The notes under the pieces: model-generated | Database searches by the model: none | What the model was told of the DNA's origin: nothing | The model's input: the letters and a program-made list of their open reading frames with translations, nothing else | Shown here: in pieces, positions 20,075 to 30,270 of the stretch | How the letters are laid out: every line of letters begins with the position of its first letter | How positions within the stretch are numbered: the stretch's first letter is position 1 | Position numbers and translations under genes: made by a program | Assembly: GCA_964005815.1 (NCBI GenBank) | Contig: CAXFSR010000017.1 | Location: forward strand, 96,001 to 160,000 | Direction of reading: 5' to 3' | Origin: an uncultured Nitrospinaceae bacterium | Lineage (GTDB): Bacteria > UBA8248 | Length of the DNA: 64,000 nucleotides

Positions 20075-20728
20075 ATGGAATTAATAATGTTTTTGAGTAC
20101 GAAATGCCATATCTGTAAGTGTTCTTCTGTTCTCGAATTTCTTGAGGCGGATAATAGGAAATATTTCCTTTGTGAAAATTGTGAATTTATTTTTGTTCCT
20201 AAACAATTTTGGGTTTCTAAAACTGAAGAAAAACTAAGATATGAACAGCATAGAAATAATAGCAATGACAAGGGTTATATTGAATTCCTTTCGCAAATTA
20301 CAGAACCAATAAAAAAATTCATCCAAGAAGGGTCGCATGGAATAGATTATGGATGTGGGCCTAATTCTGTACTTTCTGATATGTTGATAAAAGCAAAAAT
20401 GCACATGACACAATACGATCCATTCTTTTATCCTAAATTTCCAAATCATAGATTTGATTTTTTATTATCTACAGAAACTTTTGAGCATTTTCAAAATCCC
20501 TTAAAGGAAATCAGAAATATTTCCTCTATTGTTCATTCTCAAGGGCTCATAGGAATAATGACATCATTTTGGCAAAAGGATATATTTATAAAAAATTGGC
20601 ACTACCGAAGAGACAAAACACATATCTGTTTTTACACACTTCGCACATTTGAATATATTGCTGATATTTTCCAATTCGAAATACTATATACCGATAAGAA
20701 TCGAATCGTAATTTTTAAAAAAAAATAA
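20075..20728 (+). CDS. Class I SAM-dependent methyltransferase with N-terminal Zn-ribbon
   Basis: CxxC...CxxC, IDYGCGP, YDPFFYP, ETFEHF, WHYRRD.THI.F. Confidence 0.85.
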   Translation: MELIMFLSTKCHICKCSSVLEFLEADNRKYFLCENCEFIFVPKQFWVSKTEEKLRYEQHRNNSNDKGYIEFLSQITEPIKKFIQEGSHGIDYGCGPNSVLSDMLIKAKMHMTQYDPFFYPKFPNHRFDFLLSTETFEHFQNPLKEIRNISSIVHSQGLIGIMTSFWQKDIFIKNWHYRRDKTHICFYTLRTFEYIADIFQFEILYTDKNRIVIFKKK

Positions 20729-20882
20729 ATTATTTCTAAAAATTGACACTAGAAGCTTGAAAGACAAACTGAAACATATACACTACGCAGTTGTTTATGG
20801 TACGTGTTTAAATTTTTTCTTTTTTTAAATTTTTAACAACAATCAAACAAAATGTTTATAACATAAATGCTGGAGAAATGAT

Positions 20883-21887
20883 TTGGACAAAGGAATTGTT
20901 TGGATTACTACAACCTGGATTAATCAAATGAAAGATTATGACGCCTATCTTTCACCCTTAAGAGATTACGGATTCTCCATTAAAATAGACTCTAATGGAA
21001 GGGATCTAACTGAAGAAGAATTAATCGAAGGATTGCCTGGTGTTGTTGCCACTTTTCCTAGCGGAGACCCTTACAATGAAAGAACTTTCAAACATGCTAA
21101 AGACTTGCGACTTATAGCAAGAACAGGTGTTGGATATAATGCCATAGACGTAGAAGAAGCAACAAAGAACGGCATTTTAGTTACTACCGCAAGGGGACAA
21201 AATGCGAACTCCGTTGCAGAGCATACACTAACATTGATGCTTTCTGTTTCACGAGAATTAAATATCTTTGATAGAAAAGTAAGAGAAGGCGAATGGGGAA
21301 AGATCAGAAAACCTACTGGGTATTTAAGAGGAAACACCTTAGGTATCATAGGTCTTGGAGACATAGGAAAAAGAGTTGCCCAAAAAGCTAAAGCATTTGG
21401 CATGAATGTTATTGCATATGATCCAATTAGAGACGAACGATTTGTAGCGGAAAATGGCGTTTTCTACAAATCTTTTGATGAAGTAGTTGAAAATTCAGAC
21501 TTTCTTTCCTGTCATGTCCCTCTAAACGAAAGTACTACTAAACTGATTGACCTAAATATTTTCAAAAGTATGAAAAAAGGTTCTTTTCTTATCAATACTT
21601 CTAGAGGACCTGTTGTTGATTTAGATGCATTGGAAGAAGCTATTCAAAATAAAATGATAAGTGGTGCCGGTATAGATGTTTTTCCTGATGAACCTATTCA
21701 AGGGAATCGTGCAATAATGAATTTTGACAACATCATCCTTACCCCGCATATAGCAGGTCTAGGAGAAGATGCCTGTATTGATTCTTTGATTTTTGCTGTT
21801 GAGCAAACTTTAGATTTCTTCTCCGGACGCTGTCCAAAAGGAACCCTAAACAAAGAGGTTTTAGAAAACAACAAAAATGTTCATTGA
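20883..21887 (+). CDS. D-isomer-specific 2-hydroxyacid/phosphoglycerate dehydrogenase family
   Basis: GVGYN.ID, GIIGLGDIG, INTSRG, DVF..EP, TPHIAG. Confidence 0.92.
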   Translation: MDKGIVWITTTWINQMKDYDAYLSPLRDYGFSIKIDSNGRDLTEEELIEGLPGVVATFPSGDPYNERTFKHAKDLRLIARTGVGYNAIDVEEATKNGILVTTARGQNANSVAEHTLTLMLSVSRELNIFDRKVREGEWGKIRKPTGYLRGNTLGIIGLGDIGKRVAQKAKAFGMNVIAYDPIRDERFVAENGVFYKSFDEVVENSDFLSCHVPLNESTTKLIDLNIFKSMKKGSFLINTSRGPVVDLDALEEAIQNKMISGAGIDVFPDEPIQGNRAIMNFDNIILTPHIAGLGEDACIDSLIFAVEQTLDFFSGRCPKGTLNKEVLENNKNVH

Positions 21888-23277
21888 TAAAGTTTCCTAT
21901 TCAATTTCTTCTTTAGTTGCGTATAAGAAAAAATCAACGTCTCTATGGTTCTTCTCTTTGTTCTTTTTTTTCAGTTTCAGTTTCTCTTCAACTCTATATT
22001 CTAAGAATCTCGAAAATCAAATTCCCTGGAATGTTTTTGAATATAAACTTGAGAATGGCCTCAAAATTTTACTTCTGGCCGACAATAGAGCCCCCATGAT
22101 TGTCTCAAAATTATGGTATGGAGTGGGCAGTAGAGACGAATCTTCTGGAGAAACTGGGATCGCACATTTCCTTGAACACATGATGTTCAAGGGAACCAAA
22201 AATTTCGGCCCTAAAGTTTTTAGTAATCTAATCAAAAAAAATGGAGGAAGCCATAATGCTTTCACTAGTTTTGACTATACAGGTTACTACGAAAAACTTC
22301 CTTCTAACAAAATTGAATTAGCCATTAAGTTAGAGGCAGACCGTATGAAGAATCTGACATTAGACCCTAAAGAATTTGAACTTGAACGAAAGGTCGTGCT
22401 TGAAGAAAGACGTTCTAGAGTTGACGACAACCCCGTAAATTATTTATTTGAAAAACTCAGACAAAAAGCTTTCAAATCTCATACTTATGCCAATCCAATA
22501 ATAGGATGGGAAAAAGATATAAGAAAAATCTCACTAAAGAATATGGGAACTTTTTACAAAAAGTTTTATGTCCCAGAAAATGCAACACTTATTATAGTTG
22601 GAGATATAAAAATTTCAGAAACTATTCAGTTAATCAAAAAATATTTTGGTCAGATTAAGTCCAAAGGGAATTTTAAAAGAGAAATAATAATTGAACCTCG
22701 TCAAGAAAAAGAAAGATCCATTTTAATAAGAAGAACTGCCGCTCTTCCATATTTCGCAATGGCATATCATACTCCAAATTGGAAACATCCAGACTCTGCC
22801 GCATTAACTCTTCTTGAATATATTTTAGGTGGTGGAGAATCTAGTCGTATATATCAAAGATTAGTAAGAAAAGACGGCCTCGCTCTTAGTGCTGGAGCAG
22901 AATATCGTTATCTTTCTTTCGATCCTGATTTGTTCTATTTCTACGCCCAACCTGCTTCTGGGATCTCAGTAGCAAAAATTAAAAAAGTTTTTTATGAAGA
23001 ATTAAAAAAGATATCTTCCTTTAATGTCACTCAAGAAGAATTAGAAAGAGCAATAAAAGGCATTGAAGCTAACTCTATATTTTCTATGGATAGTCATTAT
23101 TACAGAGCTATGATGCTTGGACGTTCTGCAATTTGTGGAGACTGGAAAATTATTAAGAATTATTTAAAAAAAATCAGAAAAGTAACCCCAGAAGATATAA
23201 TTAAAGTAGCAAAAAAATATCTTCGTCCTAACAATAGGACTATAGCGGAATTAATACCCCAAAAGGCAGAAAAGTAA
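21877..23277 (+). CDS. M16 (pitrilysin/insulinase) family zinc protease, catalytic subunit
   Basis: HFLEH (HxxEH) motif, NAFTS, ERKVVLEE; exact start uncertain. Confidence 0.92.
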   Translation: MFIDKVSYSISSLVAYKKKSTSLWFFSLFFFFSFSFSSTLYSKNLENQIPWNVFEYKLENGLKILLLADNRAPMIVSKLWYGVGSRDESSGETGIAHFLEHMMFKGTKNFGPKVFSNLIKKNGGSHNAFTSFDYTGYYEKLPSNKIELAIKLEADRMKNLTLDPKEFELERKVVLEERRSRVDDNPVNYLFEKLRQKAFKSHTYANPIIGWEKDIRKISLKNMGTFYKKFYVPENATLIIVGDIKISETIQLIKKYFGQIKSKGNFKREIIIEPRQEKERSILIRRTAALPYFAMAYHTPNWKHPDSAALTLLEYILGGGESSRIYQRLVRKDGLALSAGAEYRYLSFDPDLFYFYAQPASGISVAKIKKVFYEELKKISSFNVTQEELERAIKGIEANSIFSMDSHYYRAMMLGRSAICGDWKIIKNYLKKIRKVTPEDIIKVAKKYLRPNNRTIAELIPQKAEK

Positions 23278-23278
23278 A

Positions 23279-24616
23279 ATGCGACTTTTCAGAATAATTA
23301 TTAGCTTAGTTTTGTTTTCTTTTTCTTTTTCTTTTTTTGAAATTTCTGCCTATGCACAATCTCTTGATTTTGAAAAAACATTAACTGAAAATAAAAATAT
23401 CTTACTTACAAAGTCATCTTCACAGCTCCCGCTTGTAACGATAAGAATTTCAATACATGCAGGCTCGAAATACGAAAAAAAGGAATTTGCGGGTCTAGCT
23501 AACTTAACTGCATTAACACTGGGAAGAGGAACGAAAACAAGAGACGCACTTTCTATTGAAAAATTGAATGATGAATTAGGAGGGGGAGTTTCATTTGAAA
23601 CTGGGCATAATTTCGTTACAGTTTCTACAAAACTTTTAAAAAGAGATTTAGAAAAAGGTTTTGAACTTCTGTCAGACATTCTAAATAATCCAACTTTTCC
23701 TGAGAATGAAATTAGAAAAACAAAAATGAGACTATATGGAAAAGAAAAAAAAGGACAATTTTCACCGAACTATATAGCAAGAAAATCTTTTTTGTCCTCC
23801 CTTTATGGAGATCATCCTTATGGAAGATTAATTGAAGGAAGTAGCAAAACAATTAAGAAAATCGAAAAAAAAGATATTGTTGACTTTTACAATAAACACT
23901 ACAAAAGAAATGACACTATTTTTGTCTTTGTAGGAGATATAAAAAAAGAGAAAGCTAAAAGATTAGTTCAAACATTTTTTAGTAAATGGAATTCAAACCG
24001 ATTGCATATACCTTCTAAAACACTACCTCTATTAAAAAATAAAACAGAGAAAAAATATATCAAAAAGCCTTTTTCTCAAACTACTGTGATAATGGGAAAC
24101 CGTTCTATCAAACGCACTGACCCTAATTTTCATACGGCACGAATCATGAATTACATTTTAGGTGGAGGAGGTTTTGAAAGTAGAATACTGAAAAATCTAC
24201 GTGAAAGAAGAGGACTGGTTTATTCTGCCTATAGTTACTTTGCATCTGGTATCGAGAATGGATATTGGATTTTAGCCTTACAAACTAAAAATGAAAATGC
24301 AAAACTTGCAGTTTCCGAAGCACTCTCCGAGATAAAAAGATTAAAAAGATTTGGTGTCACAATTGAAGAATTGAATGACGCAAAATCATATTTAACAGGA
24401 AGTTTTGCAACAAAATTTGATTCTTCAGGAAGAATAGCGGACTATATTTTAGCAATAGAACGATTAGGGTTTTCGAAAAACTACCCTGAAGTTTATTTAA
24501 ATAAAATAAAATCCGTCACTTTGCAACAGATAAAAGATGCTTCAAAAAAATATATCAAGAAAAATCACTTCGTTATCACAGAAGTCGGCAACAGTCGAAA
24601 CAAGGAACAGAAATGA
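23279..24616 (+). CDS. M16 family protease, non-catalytic partner subunit
   Basis: Lacks HxxEH (GLANLT); has SRIL..LRERRGLVY (R/Y pair); signal peptide. Confidence 0.88.
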   Translation: MRLFRIIISLVLFSFSFSFFEISAYAQSLDFEKTLTENKNILLTKSSSQLPLVTIRISIHAGSKYEKKEFAGLANLTALTLGRGTKTRDALSIEKLNDELGGGVSFETGHNFVTVSTKLLKRDLEKGFELLSDILNNPTFPENEIRKTKMRLYGKEKKGQFSPNYIARKSFLSSLYGDHPYGRLIEGSSKTIKKIEKKDIVDFYNKHYKRNDTIFVFVGDIKKEKAKRLVQTFFSKWNSNRLHIPSKTLPLLKNKTEKKYIKKPFSQTTVIMGNRSIKRTDPNFHTARIMNYILGGGGFESRILKNLRERRGLVYSAYSYFASGIENGYWILALQTKNENAKLAVSEALSEIKRLKRFGVTIEELNDAKSYLTGSFATKFDSSGRIADYILAIERLGFSKNYPEVYLNKIKSVTLQQIKDASKKYIKKNHFVITEVGNSRNKEQK

Positions 24617-25014
24617 AAAAAAGATGGTTGGTTGCCATTGCATATTTAATACTAATCCACTCACTTTCTTCATTCAGTTTGGGTAATTCAGAAATCAAAA
24701 TATTCTACGGTTTCGATAAAATAATCCATATTCTTGAATACTTTGTATTAACAATACTTTTCTGGAAACCTATATGTAATATTTTTAGCCAGACTGCAAT
24801 TAATACTATCTCTTTTGGAATCTTTCTATTCAGTATACTTAATGGTTTCTTAGATGAATATCATCAAGGATTTGTTTATGGAAGAGACTCTACCTATGGT
24901 GATTTTTTAGCAGATGTTATAGGATCTGCTTTCGGTGTTTTGTACCTGCGATTTAGAAATAAAAACACCGCTTACTCTGAAACTAAATTTGGGGAAATTC
25001 TTGAGTCAAACTAG
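24613..25014 (+). CDS. VanZ family membrane protein
   Basis: DKIIH..EY, DEYHQ.FV.GR, D.LAD..G. Confidence 0.85.
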   Translation: MKKRWLVAIAYLILIHSLSSFSLGNSEIKIFYGFDKIIHILEYFVLTILFWKPICNIFSQTAINTISFGIFLFSILNGFLDEYHQGFVYGRDSTYGDFLADVIGSAFGVLYLRFRNKNTAYSETKFGEILESN

Positions 25015-25450
25015 ACAAAAACTAGAAGATGATATGAAAGACGCAATGCGGTCAAAAGACCAGTTGAAATTATCTACTATACGTATGATACGTTCAGAGA
25101 TTCTCAATAAGGACAAAGAAAGTGGGGAAGATATAAATGAAGATTCAGTTATTAAAATTTTAGAAAGCATGTTAAAGAAACGCGAAGAGGCAGAGAGTCA
25201 ATATAGAGAAGCTGAAAGAATAGATCTTGCTGACAAAGAAAAGGAAGAATCAAATTTTATAAAAAATTACCTCCCCGAACAAATGACTGATGAAGAGATT
25301 CAAAGTGTAGTCGAACGTGTTGTATCAGAACAAAATGCATCCTCTATGAAAGATATTGGAAAAGTAATGCCTATTCTAACTAAGGAATTGGCTGGAAGAG
25401 CAAATGGTTCAAGAATTAGCAACATTGTAAAACAATTATTAAATAGTTAG
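25001..25450 (+). CDS. GatB/YqeY domain protein
   Basis: DMKDAMRSKD..KLSTIRM, YLPEQM, MKDIGKVM; probable TTG start at 25001. Confidence 0.9.
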   Translation: MSQTRQKLEDDMKDAMRSKDQLKLSTIRMIRSEILNKDKESGEDINEDSVIKILESMLKKREEAESQYREAERIDLADKEKEESNFIKNYLPEQMTDEEIQSVVERVVSEQNASSMKDIGKVMPILTKELAGRANGSRISNIVKQLLNS

Positions 25451-25464
25451 AGAGGGTTTCCTAA

Positions 25465-25827
25465 ATGGATAGTTCAAGGTTCAAGATTCAGAATACGATG
25501 GAAGCATTTGGCTGTGAGGAAGAAGAAGAAGAACTGTTAGCAGCCTTAACTGATTTTGGATATGATATTTTTGAAGCGGAACAACCACCTGGGGTAATTG
25601 TTCCTTATCATGCACATAAAAGGGAAGAATCGATCATTATTTTAGAAGGTAAAATGCAATTCAACGTAGAAGAGGAACTTTCAATTATAGAATCAGGACA
25701 AGTCATCATAATCAACGCAAATGCAATCCACAGTGCTGCCACAATTGAAGATCAGCCTGCTAAAATTTTAATTGCGTTTAAAAATGAAATCCCCAAAGAA
25801 GAACTTCACGAAGAATCCGAAAATTAA
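25465..25827 (+). CDS. Cupin domain protein
   Basis: PYHAH.REE..I.LEG and I.ANAIHS cupin motifs. Confidence 0.85.
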   Translation: MDSSRFKIQNTMEAFGCEEEEEELLAALTDFGYDIFEAEQPPGVIVPYHAHKREESIIILEGKMQFNVEEELSIIESGQVIIINANAIHSAATIEDQPAKILIAFKNEIPKEELHEESEN

Positions 25828-25848
25828 CTTTACAATTAATGATACGTT

Positions 25849-26343
25849 CTAATTAGAAAAATATCCTCGATTTTCCTTAATGAAAGATATTAACCCACCT
25901 GCTTTTATCATCTTCATTATTGATTCTGGATAAGGAGGAAAATTAAGTACTTCATCCCTAAATTTTACTTGACCATCCTCGAAGTTCACCTCAATCGAAT
26001 CTTCATCAAGAATTTTTTCAGTATCGCATATTACTAGTGGGAGTCCAGAATTTAAAGCATTCCGATAAAACATATGACCAAAACTTTTTGCCAAAACACA
26101 TGAAATCCCTAATTCTCTCAATACTATAGCAGAATCTTGCCTACTACTTACTAAACCAAAATTTTTTCCTGCAACTAAGAAATCTCCATCTTGAACCAAA
26201 GTTGAAAATTCTGAATCTAGATCTCTAAATGCAGAATCTTTCAAATCTTCTAAGGAAGTTCCTATAGGTCTATATTTTGATGAGAGGTGTACATCTGTAC
26301 TTATATTATCACCAAAACGAAAAATACGAGGATTTCTTTTCAA
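25849..26343 (-). CDS. 3-isopropylmalate dehydratase/homoaconitase-type small subunit (LeuD-like)
   Basis: GDNISTD, AGKNFG.VSSR, AKSF..MFYRNA.N.G. Confidence 0.88.
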   Translation of the reverse strand: MKRNPRIFRFGDNISTDVHLSSKYRPIGTSLEDLKDSAFRDLDSEFSTLVQDGDFLVAGKNFGLVSSRQDSAIVLRELGISCVLAKSFGHMFYRNALNSGLPLVICDTEKILDEDSIEVNFEDGQVKFRDEVLNFPPYPESIMKMIKAGGLISFIKENRGYFSN

Positions 26344-26355
26344 TCGTTTGCCTCT

Positions 26356-27612
26356 TTAATTTAAAAATTCTCTAGGATCTGTAATCTCTCCTACTACAGC
26401 ACTCGCAGCTACTGTAGCTGGAGAAGATAAATAAATTTCTGACTTTTTACTTCCAAGTCGTCCTGGAAAGTTTCTATTCGCGGAAGAAATTGCCCTTTCG
26501 TTATCGCCTAGAAGTCCATTTCCATTCATAGATGCACATGGACCACATGCAGATGCTAAAATTGTTGCTCCAGCATCCGAAAGTATTTTGAGTACACCTT
26601 TTTCCATTGCTGTCTCTAAAATCTTCCTACTTGAAGGAGCGACATAAAACCGAACATGAGAATTTATTTTTCTCCCTTTAAGAATTTTCGCTGCTATTAC
26701 CAAATCTTCCAGACGGCCATTTGTGCAAGTTCCAATAAAGGCTTGATCTATTCTTTTCTTCTCACTTTCACTAACTTTGGATATATTATGCACTGCAGGA
26801 GGTGCGGATAGAAGTGGGGAAAGACTAGAAACGTCAATGGTAATTTCCTTTGCAAATTTAGCATCAGGATCTGATTTTATGGATTTAAAATTTAAATCCC
26901 ATGACTTCAACCAGTCAATTGTTTTCTCGTCTGATTCCATAACACCCGTTTTTGCTCCCATATCTACAGACATGTTCGAAATAGTAAAACGTGCATCCAT
27001 AGACAATGAAGAAACTGAATCACCTGTATATTCCAGACATTGATAATTTGCCCCGTTCTCTCCTAATTGATTTGCAAGGTTTAAGACCAGATCTTTAGAA
27101 AAAACACCAGGCGGCATTTTTCCTGTGAACTTCACACGAATAGTTTCAGGAACACGAAACCAAAGTTTTCCAGTATTATACACAGATGCAATTTCAATAC
27201 TTTCAACAGCAACAGCAATACAATTTAAAGCACCATAAGTACAAACATGACTGTCTCCACCAATCGCCAAACCACCAGGCAATATTTTTCCCTCTTCGGT
27301 AACAATTGTATGACAAACTCCAGAACCAGCATCAAAAAGATTAATGCCTTTCTCAATAGAGAAATCTCTTAATTTTTTATGATCATTAGCCCAATGGGTG
27401 GACTGCACAGGGACAAAGTGATCAATAATAAGATCTGTTTTATGGGGTTCTAAATTAAATTCAAGATTATGTTCTCGCATGATATCAATAGATTTTGGAC
27501 CTTTTGCATCACCAGCCATTACATAATCAATATCAGAAACAACAAAATCTCCGGATTTTACGTCTTGTCCCGAATGATTTGAAAGAATCTTTTCAACAAT
27601 AGTCTTTCCCAA
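26356..27612 (-). CDS. 3-isopropylmalate dehydratase/homoaconitase-type large subunit (LeuC-like, 4Fe-4S)
   Basis: GDSH, GTCTNGR, CGPC, NRNFPGR, DPRE C-terminus. Confidence 0.9.
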   Translation of the reverse strand: MGKTIVEKILSNHSGQDVKSGDFVVSDIDYVMAGDAKGPKSIDIMREHNLEFNLEPHKTDLIIDHFVPVQSTHWANDHKKLRDFSIEKGINLFDAGSGVCHTIVTEEGKILPGGLAIGGDSHVCTYGALNCIAVAVESIEIASVYNTGKLWFRVPETIRVKFTGKMPPGVFSKDLVLNLANQLGENGANYQCLEYTGDSVSSLSMDARFTISNMSVDMGAKTGVMESDEKTIDWLKSWDLNFKSIKSDPDAKFAKEITIDVSSLSPLLSAPPAVHNISKVSESEKKRIDQAFIGTCTNGRLEDLVIAAKILKGRKINSHVRFYVAPSSRKILETAMEKGVLKILSDAGATILASACGPCASMNGNGLLGDNERAISSANRNFPGRLGSKKSEIYLSSPATVAASAVVGEITDPREFLN

Positions 27613-27649
27613 AGAGAATATCTCCTTTAAAAGAACCTTATTATTTCAA

Positions 27650-27988
27650 TTATTCTATTTCAGAATTTTTCTTTTCCGGATCAATTTCGTCCAGATAATC
27701 GAATGAATAGATTCCACTTGCACATCCCCCGGACCATGAGAAATTTATAGCATACCTTCCTACCATGTCTGCACTTTGTAATTCTACAGGGCCAGATGGA
27801 CCAGAGAGAACGTTAAGAGGATTTTTTTCACTCTCATATCGTTTTTCCTTACAATTTGCACAAGGACACATTAAAGCAAGATAATCAAAGCTATAAATAC
27901 TCCTAACTCCATTATTCCAAACAATTCGGAGTTCACCATCTTTTTTGTCGACTGTTAAATCTATTGGCTTTCGCATTTCAGTATTCAA
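27650..27988 (-). CDS. DUF971 / gamma-butyrobetaine hydroxylase N-terminal-like protein
   Basis: CPCANC, VGRYAI.F.W, GIYSFDYL. Confidence 0.85.
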   Translation of the reverse strand: MNTEMRKPIDLTVDKKDGELRIVWNNGVRSIYSFDYLALMCPCANCKEKRYESEKNPLNVLSGPSGPVELQSADMVGRYAINFSWSGGCASGIYSFDYLDEIDPEKKNSEIE

Positions 27989-28011
27989 ACTAGCTTTTCC
28001 TGAATTTTGAT

Positions 28012-28668
28012 TTACTTTTCTCCAATATATTTCTTATATTTTTTCTGAGATGCTTCAGAACGTCTTGAAGATTCTGGAGTTTTCACTTCAAGGATGTAAG
28101 GTCTTTCAACCGTTGTTTCAATGACAGCATTTAAGAGACCCTGATCATCTACTCCCTCCCAGTCACCTTCTTCTAACTTTAGAAATAATGGTTTGCCTTT
28201 TTCAAAATAGAGAGTTGGCACACCAAACACGCCCCAAGTTTCTTCTGCTTCCATATGATCGTCAGCTACTTGTGAAATTCCACTTCCATTTTTCATATCC
28301 TCTTCCCACCTACCGACATCTAATCCAGACTGAATCGCAATGTCTCTTAGGACTAGTTGATTAGTTATATCTTTTTTATCAACGTGCTTTGCCCTATGAA
28401 GTTGCAGATGATATGCAGAAAATACTTCTTCTCCCTGTAAGGCAGCACATTTAGCAGCTTCATGAGAAGGCATATCTCTACTAGGAAAAGTTCTATCTTT
28501 CCATGCTTTCCACTTCGGTCCTCTCACTTTACCAAAATTCATTTGTTCAAGTACAAATGCTTTATACGTTACTTTCAAATCAGATTGAACTTCCATCAAA
28601 CGTGTAAGCCACTCCGTGGCTCTATATGCATACGGTCAAACATAACAATTCCACATCACAATATTCAT
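28012..28668 (-). CDS. DsbA/FrnE-like thioredoxin-fold selenoprotein 1 (218 aa, Sec at codon 11; MNIVMWNCYVUPYAYRATEWL...)
   Basis: ATG 28668 after AAAGGA; in-frame TGA at 28638-28636 in the active-site Cys position; SECIS-like hairpin; GVFGVPT cis-Pro loop. Confidence 0.85.
28607..28621 (-). promoter_or_regulatory. Putative bacterial SECIS hairpin (AGCCAC-GGA-GTGGCT)
   Basis: Perfect 6-bp stem with G-led loop, nt 15-29 after the in-frame TGA. Confidence 0.75.
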
Positions 28669-28857
28669 ATCCAATCCTTTAAATTTGATGAAGTAATATT
28701 CAGTAATTATACCTCAAGGATTTCAAAGTTCATATCAATGAATTGAAATATCCGGCTTGCTAAAGTTGACATTTACAGAAATTAAGAACATAAGTTCGAG
28801 TGCTATACAAAATAGCATACAAGGAAACTCAAGTTTAAATAAAAGGAAAAGATTTTA

Positions 28858-30270
28858 ATGGTCGAATCACCATTTTTAAAACTCGGTCTCATATCACCTC
28901 TTGAAAAAAGACTAATAGAGAAAAAATACAGCAATCCTACTCCTATTCAAGAAAAAACGATTTCTAAGCTTCTTGAAGGAAATGATCTTTTGGGAATAGC
29001 ACAAACGGGCAGTGGAAAAACAGCTGCATTTTCTCTTCCCATCCTGCAGCACATATCTTTAGATATAATGAAAAAGAAATCAGACAAAATTCAAAATGGG
29101 CATAAAGAAAAACGAAAACCTATACCTAGAGCATTAATCGTTGCACCTACCAGAGAACTTGCTCTACAAATTGGCAAAAGTATCGAATCCTATGGTCAAT
29201 ACACCTCTGTAAGTCATACTGTTATTTACGGAGGAATAAAACAACTTTATCAAGTTGCAGCTCTCACTAGAGGTGTAGATATTATTATTGCCACACCAGG
29301 TCGATTACTAGATCTTATTCAACAAGGATATGTAGATCTCGAGAACATTTCTCATCTTGTATTAGATGAAGCCGATCTTATGTTAGACATGGGTTTTATT
29401 AAAGATATAGAAAAAATATTGAAGAATCTACCATTTAAGAAACAGACTATGCTTTTCTCTGCAACAATGCCGGAAGAAGTGAGTAAATTGGCAAAAAATA
29501 TTTTAAATAATCCTATACGTGTAGATGTTACACCTAAAAAAATAATCTTAGACCAAATCAAACAATATGTTTATTTAATCGATACTCAAAATAAGATGAA
29601 TCTTCTTTTTGACCTTTTAAAGAGTAAAAAAATGACTCATACAATTATTTTCAGGAAAACAAAAAGAGGGGCTAATTATTTAGGACAAAAACTTCATCGT
29701 TCAGGTTTCAGAGCGGAAACAATTCATGGTGACAAAACACAATCTGCTCGACAAAGAGCACTTAGACAATTTGAAAAGGGACGAGCAAGGATACTTGTAG
29801 CGACCGATGTGGCAGCTCGTGGGATAGATTTTTCTAGAGTAAGTCATGTTATAAACTATGAATTGCCAAATATTCCTGAAAATTACATACACCGAATAGG
29901 TAGAACTGCAAGAGCGGGCTCAGAGGGGATAGCTTATTCATTTTGTGATGTTTCTGAGATGAGTTTTTTAAGAAATATAGAAAAGAAATCGAAACAGAAG
30001 ATTCAAATTTCACCTCATTCCTATGAAAATCAGAAGAAAACAGAGGTAAAAACCGACAATTTCAAAAAAAATCAAAAAAAAATAAAATCTACAAAACCGG
30101 CAAATTCTACTAGCAAAGAAAAAACCTGGCCTAAGAGAAATAAAAGAAGATTTGAAAAACCTCAGCAAGAAAAAAAATCAGAACAATCAACACCGAACAA
30201 AAATAAACGAGGAATAAATACACCTAAAGAAAAGAAAAAGTTTTTTTCCCATAAAAAGAAGAAGTTTTAA
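28858..30270 (+). CDS. DEAD-box RNA helicase (RhlE-like) with Lys-rich C-terminal tail
   Basis: AQTGSGKT, PTRELA, TPGRL, DEAD, SAT, HRIGRTAR. Confidence 0.95.
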   Translation: MVESPFLKLGLISPLEKRLIEKKYSNPTPIQEKTISKLLEGNDLLGIAQTGSGKTAAFSLPILQHISLDIMKKKSDKIQNGHKEKRKPIPRALIVAPTRELALQIGKSIESYGQYTSVSHTVIYGGIKQLYQVAALTRGVDIIIATPGRLLDLIQQGYVDLENISHLVLDEADLMLDMGFIKDIEKILKNLPFKKQTMLFSATMPEEVSKLAKNILNNPIRVDVTPKKIILDQIKQYVYLIDTQNKMNLLFDLLKSKKMTHTIIFRKTKRGANYLGQKLHRSGFRAETIHGDKTQSARQRALRQFEKGRARILVATDVAARGIDFSRVSHVINYELPNIPENYIHRIGRTARAGSEGIAYSFCDVSEMSFLRNIEKKSKQKIQISPHSYENQKKTEVKTDNFKKNQKKIKSTKPANSTSKEKTWPKRNKRRFEKPQQEKKSEQSTPNKNKRGINTPKEKKKFFSHKKKKF

